Source of the DNA: Naegleria gruberi | Lineage: Eukaryota | DNA length: 64,000 nucleotides | NCBI GenBank assembly: GCA_000004985.1 | Contig: GG738866.1 | Direction: 5' to 3' (one strand) | Shown: positions 12,001-23,456 of the stretch, piece by piece | How positions within the stretch are numbered: the first letter of the stretch is position 1 | How the letters are laid out: each line of letters opens with the position of its first letter | Made by a program: the position numbers and the translations under genes | Notes under the pieces: generated by a model | What the model was told of the DNA's origin: nothing | Database searches by the model: none | Seen by the model: the letters and a program-made list of their open reading frames with translations, nothing else

Positions 12001-14783
12001 NNNNNNNNNNNNNNNNNNNNNNNNNNNNNNNNNNNNNNNNNNNNNNNNNNNNNNNNNNNNNNNNNNNNNNNNNNNNNNNNNNNNNNNNNNNNNNNNNNNN
12101 NNNNNNNNNNNNNNNNNNNNNNNNNNNNNNNNNNNNNNNNNNNNNNNNNNNNNNNNNNNNNNNNNNNNNNNNNNNNNNNNNNNNNNNNNNNNNNNNNNNN
12201 NNNNNNNNNNNNNNNNNNNNNNNNNNNNNNNNNNNNNNNNNNNNNNNNNNNNNNNNNNNNNNNNNNNNNNNNNNNNNNNNNNNNNNNNNNNNNNNNNNNN
12301 NNNNNNNNNNNNNNNNNNNNNNNNNNNNNNNNNNNNNNNNNNNNNNNNNNNNNNNNNNNNNNNNNNNNNNNNNNNNNNNNNNNNNNNNNNNNNNNNNNNN
12401 NNNNNNNNNNNNNNNNNNNNNNNNNNNNNNNNNNNNNNNNNNNNNNNNNNNNNNNNNNNNNNNNNNNNNNNNNNNNNNNNNNNNNNNNNNNNNNNNNNNN
12501 NNNNNNNNNNNNNNNNNNNNNNNNNNNNNNNNNNNNNNNNNNNNNNNNNNNNNNNNNNNNNNNNNNNNNNNNNNNNNNNNNNNNNNNNNNNNNNNNNNNN
12601 NNNNNNNNNNNNNNNNNNNNNNNNNNNNNNNNNNNNNNNNNNNNNNNNNNNNNNNNNNNNNNNNNNNNNNNNNNNNNNNNNNNNNNNNNNNNNNNNNNNN
12701 NNNNNNNNNNNNNNNNNNNNNNNNNNNNNNNNNNNNNNNNNNNNNNNNNNNNNNNNNNNNNNNNNNNNNNNNNNNNNNNNNNNNNNNNNNNNNNNNNNNN
12801 NNNNNNNNNNNNNNNNNNNNNNNNNNNNNNNNNNNNNNNNNNNNNNNNNNNNNNNNNNNNNNNNNNNNNNNNNNNNNNNNNNNNNNNNNNNNNNNNNNNN
12901 NNNNNNNNNNNNNNNNNNNNNNNNNNNNNNNNNNNNNNNNNNNNNNNNNNNNNNNNNNNNNNNNNNNNNNNNNNNNNNNNNNNNNNNNNNNNNNNNNNNN
13001 NNNNNNNNNNNNNNNNNNNNNNNNNNNNNNNNNNNNNNNNNNNNNNNNNNNNNNNNNNNNNNNNNNNNNNNNNNNNNNNNNNNNNNNNNNNNNNNNNNNN
13101 NNNNNNNNNNNNNNNNNNNNNNNNNNNNNNNNNNNNNNNNNNNNNNNNNNNNNNNNNNNNNNNNNNNNNNNNNNNNNNNNNNNNNNNNNNNNNNNNNNNN
13201 NNNNNNNNNNNNNNNNNNNNNNNNNNNNNNNNNNNNNNNNNNNNNNNNNNNNNNNNNNNNNNNNNNNNNNNNNNNNNNNNNNNNNNNNNNNNNNNNNNNN
13301 NNNNNNNNNNNNNNNNNNNNNNNNNNNNNNNNNNNNNNNNNNNNNNNNNNNNNNNNNNNNNNNNNNNNNNNNNNNNNNNNNNNNNNNNNNNNNNNNNNNN
13401 NNNNNNNNNNNNNNNNNNNNNNNNNNNNNNNNNNNNNNNNNNNNNNNNNNNNNNNNNNNNNNNNNNNNNNNNNNNNNNNNNNNNNNNNNNNNNNNNNNNN
13501 NNNNNNNNNNNNNNNNNNNNNNNNNNNNNNNNNNNNNNNNNNNNNNNNNNNNNNNNNNNNNNNNNNNNNNNNNNNNNNNNNNNNNNNNNNNNNNNNNNNN
13601 NNNNNNNNNNNNNNNNNNNNNNNNNNNNNNNNNNNNNNNNNNNNNNNNNNNNNNNNNNNNNNNNNNNNNNNNNNNNNNNNNNNNNNNNNNNNNNNNNNNN
13701 NNNNNNNNNNNNNNNNNNNNNNNNNNNNNNNNNNNNNNNNNNNNNNNNNNNNNNNNNNNNNNNNNNNNNNNNNNNNNNNNNNNNNNNNNNNNNNNNNNNN
13801 NNNNNNNNNNNNNNNNNNNNNNNNNNNNNNNNNNNNNNNNNNNNNNNNNNNNNNNNNNNNNNNNNNNNNNNNNNNNNNNNNNNNNNNNNNNNNNNNNNNN
13901 NNNNNNNNNNNNNNNNNNNNNNNNNNNNNNNNNNNNNNNNNNNNNNNNNNNNNNNNNNNNNNNNNNNNNNNNNNNNNNNNNNNNNNNNNNNNNNNNNNNN
14001 NNNNNNNNNNNNNNNNNNNNNNNNNNNNNNNNNNNNNNNNNNNNNNNNNNNNNNNNNNNNNNNNNNNNNNNNNNNNNNNNNNNNNNNNNNNNNNNNNNNN
14101 NNNNNNNNNNNNNNNNNNNNNNNNNNNNNNNNNNNNNNNNNNNNNNNNNNNNNNNNNNNNNNNNNNNNNNNNNNNNNNNNNNNNNNNNNNNNNNNNNNNN
14201 NNNNNNNNNNNNNNNNNNNNNNNNNNNNNNNNNNNNNNNNNNNNNNNNNNNNNNNNNNNNNNNNNNNNNNNNNNNNNNNNNNNNNNNNNNNNNNNNNNNN
14301 NNNNNNNNNNNNNNNNNNNNNNNNNNNNNNNNNNNNNNNNNNNNNNNNNNNNNNNNNNNNNNNNNNNNNNNNNNNNNNNNNNNNNNNNNNNNNNNNNNNN
14401 NNNNNNNNNNNNNNNNNNNNNNNNNNNNNNNNNNNNNNNNNNNNNNNNNNNNNNNNNNNNNNNNNNNNNNNNNNNNNNNNNNNNNNNNNNNNNNNNNNNN
14501 NNNNNNNNNNNNNNNNNNNNNNNNNNNNNNNNNNNNNNNNNNNNNNNNNNNNNNNNNNNNNNNNNNNNNNNNNNNNNNNNNNNNNNNNNNNNNNNNNNNN
14601 NNNNNNNNNNNNNNNNNNNNNNNNNNNNNNNNNNNNNNNNNNNNNNNNNNNNNNNNNNNNNNNNNNNNNNNNNNNNNNNNNNNNNNNNNNNNNNNNNNNN
14701 NNNNNNNNNNNNNNNNNNNNNNNNNNNNNNNNNNNNNNNNNNNNNNNNNNNNNNNNNNNNNNNNNNNNNNNNNNNNNNNNNNN
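1..14783. other. Assembly gap (run of N)
   Basis: Uninterrupted n characters from 1 to 14783; real sequence starts at 14784. Confidence 0.99.
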
Positions 14784-15716
14784 GGATAGAGTCAGCATAC
14801 GCAAGTAGATAGATTATTTCCAAGAATACTTACTTCGGAATAAGTGGAGACGACTCATCACTTCCACCTTAGGTTCTCTAGTCTTTTATGAAATTCATGA
14901 ACCTTAAGACTGATGAACCAGCTAGTTTATAATGAGTGATTGAGACAAAAGATGTCAATGCCATACGGCTTACCAAACCTATACTTTGAGACCTTAATAG
15001 GTTCGAATAAGACAATGACTCCAACCACAATTATATTTACTCATTGCCTTATTCGATTTGATCTTTGATGAAAAATCGTTTAGGCGAATCAGATTTTAAT
15101 TGAATGAAATGTCATTTTCATGCAAGCTCAATATATTCGAAAAGGTCACTAAACTGCGCTATTCGAAATGTATTGACTTTTTACTATTGTGAAAGGTTTG
15201 AAACAGTGTCAAAAAAGTAGTTTCAAATAGATGTTTCTAAAGTCGCCAAAGATTGAAGAACTTGATAACCACTTGGTTAATATTTCAAATTGTTAATTGT
15301 TTAGGATGATATTTGGGATTCCAATGCCAGGTTTTGAGATAATGGTGGGCTTAGAATTTAACGAAAATGGTTTACCTGTTGTTTGCCTTCTTGACGTGTT
15401 TTGAAGCTTGGGAATACACTACAATTTCCTTTTTTATCTCAAAACGCGGCATAAAAATGAGTTTACGTCTGATTCCAATAATTCCAACAATGAACTGCTC
15501 GACGCATGTCATGCATCCAAAATAATACCCCATTTAGTCTAATCAACCCAAGAAACTAAACGAAAGGATTTTACTTAATTTCAGATGCGTCATTAGCTGT
15601 TGATGCACATGGAGATAATCTTGGCAAGATGAAAGGTTAGGTCTTTTAAAACGTTGTGTTCTAAACTTTTTACTCTTTTCAAGAAACATGCTTTCTTCTA
15701 TATTATGAACTAAAGG

Positions 15717-18700
15717 CTAATTTATTTTATTACTAAACCATGAATCAAAGTCTTCTTCTTCTTCATTATTAGATTGAGCAGTAGTGGATGATGTATTGAT
15801 AGGCACATTCTTAATGCTTGCATTTGATAGCCTCTTGGTCTTGTTTGATCCAGTATTCTCGGTCTTTCTGAAGAATTGTGAAATTGTTTGCAACTTTTCA
15901 GCCTCTTCCATAATCGATTGTTGTTGTTGAGATTTGGAGGTATGATCTTCGAAATTAGGTTGTGGACTTGTAGCTTCTGATGATTGTGGCGAGTTCAAGT
16001 CTTCCTCTTCCTTGTAGGATTGTTTTAATTGATTGAAAAGATAACTCTGTTGATGTTCTGGAAGTACAACCTTATGAGTTGGTATTTCTTCCTTATTGTG
16101 AGGTTCAGTATTTGGTGACTGTACTGAACTTGTATTACTGACATCTTCGAAAATTCTATTGTTGGATGTCTTTTCAACACTATATTTTGCATCGTCTTCA
16201 TCGTCACTGCTATTATTATTACTTGCAAGGATTTGATTTGATACAGTGCTTCGGAAATCAAACTTTGGCTGGTGAGTATTTACATTGCTTGGTGCAATAT
16301 TTTGAGTGGAGTGAGATTGGCTTTCTGGGAATTCGTCACTATCAGATGATTCTTCCTTTGGAGAGAGTAAATCTTTCAATTCATTTTGTCTTTCCAAAGT
16401 TGAGAAGCTCATTGTTGGTTTTCTTTCCACAAGTGGAGAATCGAGAGGAGACTTTTTGAATGGCAACAAAACGGCTACCTTTGTTATTTGAGAAAGGAAT
16501 GTTTCCTTCTTCCCAACAGTGGATTCTTCTGCTGTGGAATCATCTGAAGGAGTGTTGACTCCGTCCCTTGAGGGCATATTGCCCAGTGGTGTATTGGTTT
16601 TCATGGCCATATCCCTGTACTTTTTCTCGACACCTTCCATACGTCTTCTCAGGGTGCTGAAGGTGCTCTCTTCATTTTCATCATCATCCACTGCATCTTC
16701 TTCATCTGCAGTTGGAGGTCTTCTCAGTTTAATCTTGTTAAAAACATATCCTGTCAATACAAGAATTTGAGAGAAGAAGAAGAGTAAAAAGGCCAACAAG
16801 TAAAATACCCACTCCTTAAGCTTGGTTGATATTCTAGCACTGTGCATTGAGTTGACCTTATTTTCCAATTCCTTGAGTCTACTTTCGTAGAGCTTGATAT
16901 CCTCTTCATGACTGGTTACTTTATCCTTAGTGATGGCTTGGGCTGAGTTCAACTGTAAGACAATAGTCGACAGGTGATTCATTCTTGACTCGATTTTTTC
17001 CACCTTATTCTTTAACTTATCAACAGTGACGTTCTTGTCAGTCATTTGCAGTCTTGATTGTTCGTGAGCATCATTAACTCTCTTCTTGGTATCCAGCAAG
17101 TCCAACTTGAGATTGTGAATTTCATTCATCAAGGTCTTTTCAGTGCATTGTAATTCCTCCTTTACCTTTTGAACAGCACTTGTTTGTTCCTTATGACCTG
17201 AGGAATACAATAAGCCATCATAAAGAGCGTATGATCGTGGAGTTTGTGAGACAAAAGTAGATTGTGAAATATCAGTAGAACTATCTCCTTCTATAGTGGA
17301 TTGGAAAACTCTTCCAGAGAGTAAATCATCTGAAACATCAATATTGAGGGAGTCTAGGAGAGTTTTACGTTCTGGCTTGTCGCGTGGTGTTAATTGAGAT
17401 GGTATACTTGGATTCAGACTCATACGATCCAGCAACTCTAAATCCTTTGCGGAGAAGGCAGGATTCTGGTAAGGAATGTATTGGAAACGAAGATGTACTT
17501 GAGAGAACGTTTTGGTACCTAGTGGCGTAATTAGACAGAACCAATCATCTAGAATTCTATCCTTGGCCAGTTTAACTCGAGAAATTGGAATTGAAACAAA
17601 TCCCAGACACATAATCTCATTCTTAGATTTAGGCTTTGGTGGACTGTGGAAAATTTCAATAGAGATTGAGCTAGATTCATCAGAAACGTAGAATTTAAAT
17701 TCCTCTTGCCACTTGAGTTTCTTGTTTAGATAGGCCCCACCAAGATTCATTGTTGTGTGCTTCTTTCCCTCACATAAAATTTCACAATACGTCACATAGT
17801 CTTCCAGTAGGATATTTTCTGTATTCTCCTCTTCATTTCCCAAAGCGTCCATTGATTGTAAGGATTTGACTCGCTTTTGAAGTGGTTGACCAGAGACTGA
17901 TGTATTCAGTGCTGACTCATTGGTATTATATCCCTCAACGGATTTCAAGTTTCTAGTCTGAACGTCAGTCACATACAGTTCTCCAATAGCCTCTCGCTTC
18001 TGCTCTTCCGGTGGAACATATACATAATCATAACTCTCAATATCTAGTGACATTCTATCGTTCTCTCCTCTCACCTTTGGTTGTGCCAGATAGTTTGGAA
18101 TAATTTTCTTTGGCACTGACTTGATAAAGGATGGAGCATTCTTCACTGTCGAAACGCCCTTCTTCACTTCATCTCTGATATTTTTCTTAAATTCCTTAAA
18201 ACTGTGCTTTATAGCGTGGGCAGGATTGGTGGTATTGGCGTATTCAGGGTTTCCAATTCCTTTAAATTTGTTACTAGTAGAAGAATTATTTGGTGTGATC
18301 CAATTTGTTGGAAAAGGTTTCTTGACACCACTACTAGAAGCTCTAGAAGGAAGACTATGTACATGAAAATGACCTTTTGAGTCCTCACTTGGTTGAGTCG
18401 TGCTTGTGGTTGGTTGAGCATGATCCCCTATTGTTGAATCTTCCGAATTAAGGTACTTTTCTGCATCCTCTGATTGACTTCTTTTCGGAGACGGTTTTCG
18501 GAATAAACTTTCACCACTGAGTTGAAACTTTTCTCTTTGGTGATGTCTAATAGACCCAGCTCGCTTATGTGATTTTTCTTGTTTTCCATGTTCATCCTCA
18601 ATAATAATTTCCGTACATATAGAAACAGCAGCTGAATTTTCATCGAAAGAATTGCTTCTCTTTTTCACCATTGGAGTTAAATCAGTTGGCGAAGGAGGTG

Positions 18701-19346
18701 ACAAGGCATTGAGAGGTTTTGAATTATTTACAAATGAATTGACTGTTGCTGGTCGATGAATTGAATCACTAGTGAGATTATTTCTATTTACATTCCCACT
18801 AATATTATTACTTGATGGAATTTCGAATGATATATTATTTGTATGTAATGCTGCTGTTGCACTAAGTGGGCTTCCACTACTACCTGATCGATTTCTCGGA
18901 GAAGATTGCATATTTATCTTTAAATCAGATTCTAAAGATGATGAAGTTGGAACAGTTGGTTCCTGTTTGTATAGTTTGTATTTCCTCTCCTTGTACGAAT
19001 TTACAATGGCTAAAGGTGATTTTTCCAAAGAGTTTCGTTTTATATCTAGATTGATAGTATTATTATTAGGTATGCTTATATTCATTGGTTTAGTACTGCT
19101 ATTACTTTGTCCAGCATTGGATGACATTGTATTGTTTGTTTCTTGATTGATTCTCGGAGAATTATTCAATGTCGTTGAAGATACAAGTTGTTGTTGATTA
19201 TTTACACCTACAGTAGTTGTTGTCGTTGAAGAATTATTATTAACCACCACTGTCGAACTAGTATTATTATTATTAGATGTTGTTTGTTGTTGATGCGCCG
19301 AACCACCTACCAACAATTCTCTTGGTGGTGTTGATGAGAAAGGCAT
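15717..19346 (-). CDS. Large Ser/Asn/Thr-rich protein with a C2-like beta-sandwich region, a long coiled-coil, one transmembrane helix and an acidic Ser/Asp/Glu-rich C-terminal tail; function unknown
   Basis: Single 1209-aa ORF. C2-like stretch around 'FKFYVSDESSSISIEIFH...DDWFCLITPLGTKTFSQVHLRFQYIPY'. Heptad-rich stretch 'LQCTEKTLMNEIHNLKLDLLDTKKRV...'. Hydrophobic helix 'WVFYLLAFLLFFFSQILVLTGYVF'. Overlapping small ORFs on either strand are low-complexity artefacts. Confidence 0.6.
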   Translation of the reverse strand: MPFSSTPPRELLVGGSAHQQQTTSNNNNTSSTVVVNNNSSTTTTTVGVNNQQQLVSSTTLNNSPRINQETNNTMSSNAGQSNSSTKPMNISIPNNNTINLDIKRNSLEKSPLAIVNSYKERKYKLYKQEPTVPTSSSLESDLKINMQSSPRNRSGSSGSPLSATAALHTNNISFEIPSSNNISGNVNRNNLTSDSIHRPATVNSFVNNSKPLNALSPPSPTDLTPMVKKRSNSFDENSAAVSICTEIIIEDEHGKQEKSHKRAGSIRHHQREKFQLSGESLFRKPSPKRSQSEDAEKYLNSEDSTIGDHAQPTTSTTQPSEDSKGHFHVHSLPSRASSSGVKKPFPTNWITPNNSSTSNKFKGIGNPEYANTTNPAHAIKHSFKEFKKNIRDEVKKGVSTVKNAPSFIKSVPKKIIPNYLAQPKVRGENDRMSLDIESYDYVYVPPEEQKREAIGELYVTDVQTRNLKSVEGYNTNESALNTSVSGQPLQKRVKSLQSMDALGNEEENTENILLEDYVTYCEILCEGKKHTTMNLGGAYLNKKLKWQEEFKFYVSDESSSISIEIFHSPPKPKSKNEIMCLGFVSIPISRVKLAKDRILDDWFCLITPLGTKTFSQVHLRFQYIPYQNPAFSAKDLELLDRMSLNPSIPSQLTPRDKPERKTLLDSLNIDVSDDLLSGRVFQSTIEGDSSTDISQSTFVSQTPRSYALYDGLLYSSGHKEQTSAVQKVKEELQCTEKTLMNEIHNLKLDLLDTKKRVNDAHEQSRLQMTDKNVTVDKLKNKVEKIESRMNHLSTIVLQLNSAQAITKDKVTSHEEDIKLYESRLKELENKVNSMHSARISTKLKEWVFYLLAFLLFFFSQILVLTGYVFNKIKLRRPPTADEEDAVDDDENEESTFSTLRRRMEGVEKKYRDMAMKTNTPLGNMPSRDGVNTPSDDSTAEESTVGKKETFLSQITKVAVLLPFKKSPLDSPLVERKPTMSFSTLERQNELKDLLSPKEESSDSDEFPESQSHSTQNIAPSNVNTHQPKFDFRSTVSNQILASNNNSSDDEDDAKYSVEKTSNNRIFEDVSNTSSVQSPNTEPHNKEEIPTHKVVLPEHQQSYLFNQLKQSYKEEEDLNSPQSSEATSPQPNFEDHTSKSQQQQSIMEEAEKLQTISQFFRKTENTGSNKTKRLSNASIKNVPINTSSTTAQSNNEEEEDFDSWFSNKIN

Positions 19347-19588
19347 TAGAGCTGTTGTTGAGTTATTTTTTTGGTGGGAAGTGAATGAAGCGATTTATCA
19401 CTTGCATTTGGGGATAAGAATTTATTTGGGAAGTTTACAACGAATCTTGGAAAATCTTAATTTCTTATTGTTAAATACTATACTGTGCTCAATTGAATGG
19501 GTGCGTAGGATTACCAACGTTTCTGGTGGTTGTTGTTGATAGACCGATTCGGATACAAGGTTTCGGAAAAAGAGTCGTTGTGAATGAT

Positions 19589-20665
19589 TCAATTTGAATT
19601 CTTGTGAGGAAGAATTTCTATAATGTTGGGTGTCTTAATTCGCGTATCGGAGTGAGTGAGTACTGAAGCTGCATTCGAATAAATGAGAGGCTTTGGAGTG
19701 TCCTTAGTCTGTGGCTCTATTGCAGTTGCATGGAATTCGTGGACATGACCATATAAATGGGCCTGCAGCCTTCCATTGGAATTCAACTCAATGACCTTAT
19801 TTCTCAAATGATTATCACCCCAGTGACCTCTGTATTTATGTTCCTTTTTACAATATTCACAATAGTAAGGATCGTCCCTTGTGGAGGCGAGGTCCATAAT
19901 TCCAAATGGTGGCATGTGAGTGATTAGGACATCAGTATTGAGAGGAATTTTATCCCACTTGGTTTTGATAATCTTCCAAGAGATGGAGAACCCCATTCTT
20001 GAACTAGTTGTCCAAGGACTGCCGTACAATCTCAATAATTCAGTACCTCTATAATTGATCAGTAATGATTGATCTTGCAAATAAATAACATTCTTCAACA
20101 CTCGTTTTTGAATAAACTCAGGACTCAATCCATTAAATCCAATTTCATGATTTCCAGCAATTACAATTTTAATCTTGTGTGGTAATTTTCCAATCCATTC
20201 ATTAAATGAAATAATACTAGGAACTGATTCGTACATTTCCTCTCTATTAACATTTGGATTTGTTTGTACAGCATTCTCAATCCTGTCCTCAAGATCATAC
20301 CATTCACTTTTGTGAGAAATATCACCACTGTGTATGAAAATGTCACCATCAGGAACTGTTTTTAAATACTGATGAGAAATATGACTATCACTCATATGAA
20401 CAATTGTAATTTTTCCCTCGGGATGTTCTTCCATCATTGGTAAACTATCAATGGAAATTTCTCTATCAGCAGTCGATTCACTCGGTTTGTTCTTATTACT
20501 AGAAGATGATGCTGATTGTTTCATTATTTGCTTGTTATCAGTTGTTGATGGATCCACTTTGGAAGGAATTTCGAATTGTTTTGTTTCTTCTTCATCTCCA
20601 CATCTATCGGAAGAAGAACTCATCAATCCACTAAGCCATTTACTAAATGATGATGATGCTGACAT
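19589..20665 (-). CDS. Calcineurin-like metallophosphoesterase (MPPED/239FB-like)
   Basis: 358-aa ORF. Metallophosphatase motif series present: 'VHMSDSH' (D-x-H), 'IHSGDISH' (GD), 'IAGNHE' (GNHE), 'ITHMPPFG', 'GHVHEFH'. Ser-rich N-terminal extension. Confidence 0.8.
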   Translation of the reverse strand: MSASSSFSKWLSGLMSSSSDRCGDEEETKQFEIPSKVDPSTTDNKQIMKQSASSSSNKNKPSESTADREISIDSLPMMEEHPEGKITIVHMSDSHISHQYLKTVPDGDIFIHSGDISHKSEWYDLEDRIENAVQTNPNVNREEMYESVPSIISFNEWIGKLPHKIKIVIAGNHEIGFNGLSPEFIQKRVLKNVIYLQDQSLLINYRGTELLRLYGSPWTTSSRMGFSISWKIIKTKWDKIPLNTDVLITHMPPFGIMDLASTRDDPYYCEYCKKEHKYRGHWGDNHLRNKVIELNSNGRLQAHLYGHVHEFHATAIEPQTKDTPKPLIYSNAASVLTHSDTRIKTPNIIEILPHKNSN

Positions 20666-20811
20666 TTTTTAAATATATTTTCTTTCAAATAAAATTCAAT
20701 AAAAGTTACAAACCAGAAGTTTTCTTGTTCAATGTTCATAATACTGTAATTGTTAGCATTAAAAATGGCGCCAAATTCTTTAGATTTTTTTAAAAACATT
20801 AAAAATAAAAA

Positions 20812-22905
20812 ATGGATGATTCGGAAGTGAATAATCAGTCATCATTGCAGAGAATGAATATTATTAATTCATCGTTGGCTGTTCGGGGAGTGTGGATTTT
20901 GGATGAAGAGAGGAAGAATTTGTTATTTTCGAGGAGATTTCCGACAGTGGAAAAGAGAGCACAGACGCTTTATCAATCGGGAGATGATTTAGAATTGAAT
21001 AATTGTAGGTGATAATCAATATTTTGTGGAATTAATATTTTATATTGGAATTTATTGGAAATATCAATTAGCACCTATTAATCATGAAAAATTCAAAAAA
21101 TCTATTCAACACTTTTCGTCAAGTATTCAAAATTATGATGATGGATTTATTTTGGAATATTTTAGAAATTGTAAGAAACAATATGATATTCTGTCTTGCA
21201 ATTTGTCGAGTCAACAAACACTGTCCTTGACAGATTCTAATAATAATGTGAGACCAAAAAATTCAACTTCATCATTCTTTGATAATGCGGAAATTACTGA
21301 TAATGAAGAAATGGGCAAGATTGCCTTTAAATTACAGGAGGAAAATTTTTCACTCTTTTCCATTCAAACAAAATTCATTCAGAAATACATGGATGATCTA
21401 TTGGCCATGTCAACACCTGATATCATATCTGCAGAGGATGAGGACTTGTCGCTTTTACTTCCTATTGAAGTATCTGCCATCAATACTAGCAATCCAACTC
21501 TGAAAGTAAAAACTTCATCCAATGATAAGCTCAAACCAAATGCTAAAAAGGCTGGACTTAAATCACCAAGCTCCAAGAAACTGACCTCCTTCGCAAGAAA
21601 TAACTCTTCAAAAAGTTTACCAAATTCTCCTTCCCTTAATTCCACCACTGATTCTCTCGTTCCACCTCGTATTTTCCCATTCGTATCGATTGTAATGAGT
21701 GGTGTTACTTTCATTACTTTGCCTCTCATTGTTCCTCCATCCAGTCCTTCCCCAATTGATTTTTCCAAATTGGAAAATTGTGTTGAGTATCCTTGTATTT
21801 CTGGAGCATTTTGCTTACTGCAAGATTTGGCCTCCAACTTTTTCCTTGCAAACCAAAAACATCAAAAATCTGCAGAAGTCACAAATTATCTTCACATGTA
21901 TTTGAGTCAAGCAATGCCTTTTGGAAGACCTATAGACACGTAAGTTTAATCTTGAAAAGCAATATGAATAATCTTTCATTAATTTAAATATCAAGTGCTC
22001 CAAGTAATGTTCATCACCTCTTGACAAAATCCTTTCCAGCTCAAGATCCAGAATTGACTTCCTGTAGAAGACCATCTTGGAAAGCTCACTCCCTCTCATT
22101 TGATCAGCAAAGAATTCACTTTATCATTAGAGAAAATGTCCTGTCAGCTCAATTCGACAAGAAGGATATTAGTGATGAAATTTCATGTTTTGGATCTGTT
22201 TTATGTAGTGCAGAAGTGGATGGATTCTCTGATGTGACTGTTTCCCTCAGTGAACTCAATAATGTCAAGCAAATGTCTGTTCACTACTGTTGCAGAGATC
22301 ATCCAGATGAAATGATCAATCCAGGAGAGTTTGCTAGTCTTTCATTTTCACCACCATCAGGAGCTTTTGTTCTTTGTAAATATAATATTGAAAATTTAAA
22401 GAAACCACCAGTGAGAGGATACTATCAGATGAGAGAGTTGGCCGATAATAAGATTGAATTTTTATTGCAACTTGGAATAGACTCATTGGATTCTCAATTT
22501 GATTACTGTAATGCTCTGTTACCATTCCCCAATAGAAGTGAAATTTCTGACATTTCCTATCAAGCTTCTCAAGGTCAATTGACAAAAGGAAAGGGAAGAA
22601 ATACACTCGTTTGGACTATTGGAAATAAGTGGAAAACAACTGAAATGTCGCTCAGTGCAACACTCACCTTCAATTCGGCTGAATTTGTTAAGGATGTCTC
22701 TGATCCATTCTTTGTCAATAAGAATTCTCTTGTTCGATTGCAGTACAAATTGATTGGAAATACTGTTAGTGGTCTCATTATTGATCCAAAGACTGTCTCT
22801 CTCAACTCATCTCTCAAACTAGAATCCATAACAATCAAGAAAGAAGTAGTCTCTGAGGATTGTGTGATTTACAATTCCCGAGGTGATGTAAGACACGTTC
22901 AATAA
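20812..22905 (+). CDS. AP5M1: AP-5 adaptor complex mu subunit (AP5M1/MUDENG ortholog), 3 exons
   Basis: Proposed exons 20812..21004, 21072..21939, 21996..22905. N-terminal 'AVRGVWILDEERKNLLFSRRFPTVEKRAQTLY' matches the AP5M1 signature 'FSRRYPTVEKRA'. C-terminal mu-homology domain: 'GYYQMRELADNKIEFLLQL...FDYCNALLPFPNRSEISDISYQASQGQLTKGKGRNTLVWTIGNKWKTTEMSLSATLTF'. Intron 1 is 21005..21071 (GTAGGT...TTAG, phase 1). Intron 2 is 21940..21995 (GTAAGT...CAAG, phase 2); an alternative in-frame acceptor ends at 22067. Both junctions keep frame with the downstream ORFs. Confidence 0.75.
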
Positions 22906-23456
22906 AAATTGTACTGAATCGCTGATGTGACTTGATAATGTTTCACAATAGATGAAACACTCCACTTCTTCTTCCTCTTGTAAGGCTAGCCTTTAGTTTC
23001 GCTTTGTATCGCAACAGGAAAGCCTCCAAGTTCAAAAATCAATTCTGGTGTTAAATAATTACAATACTTTTATCGCTTCCTTATTACAAAACAAATGTCA
23101 CCACTTATATCACTACCACCCAAGTTGTGGTTTTCTCACAATCTACGAATTAAAAAAAAATGTGAAAGACAGTTCCAATATTTCAAATATTGAAACTGAT
23201 TTTGAGAAATGTCTCATCATGTAATTCGTATTTAAAATAAGTAAGTGATCATTGTATTCAGCTATATCGTTTTCAATGCAATTGACTTTTTAATGAGTTG
23301 TTACTGAATGACTAGTGCACCATTTTCCTTCTCAACATACAATCTCAAATTACAAATCAATTTGAAAGATAGTTAGATTTATTCAATATATATATACTCG
23401 TGTTGTTTTTGTAAAGAATTGTGTCTAAAAAACCATAATAAATGGCTACTAGTTAT

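Noticed and set aside
21379-21837. 152-aa minus-strand ORF and other ORFs overlapping the AP-5 mu gene
   Set aside because: They overlap a well-supported sense-strand gene and have no motifs. They fall in a Ser-rich linker whose complement is open by chance.
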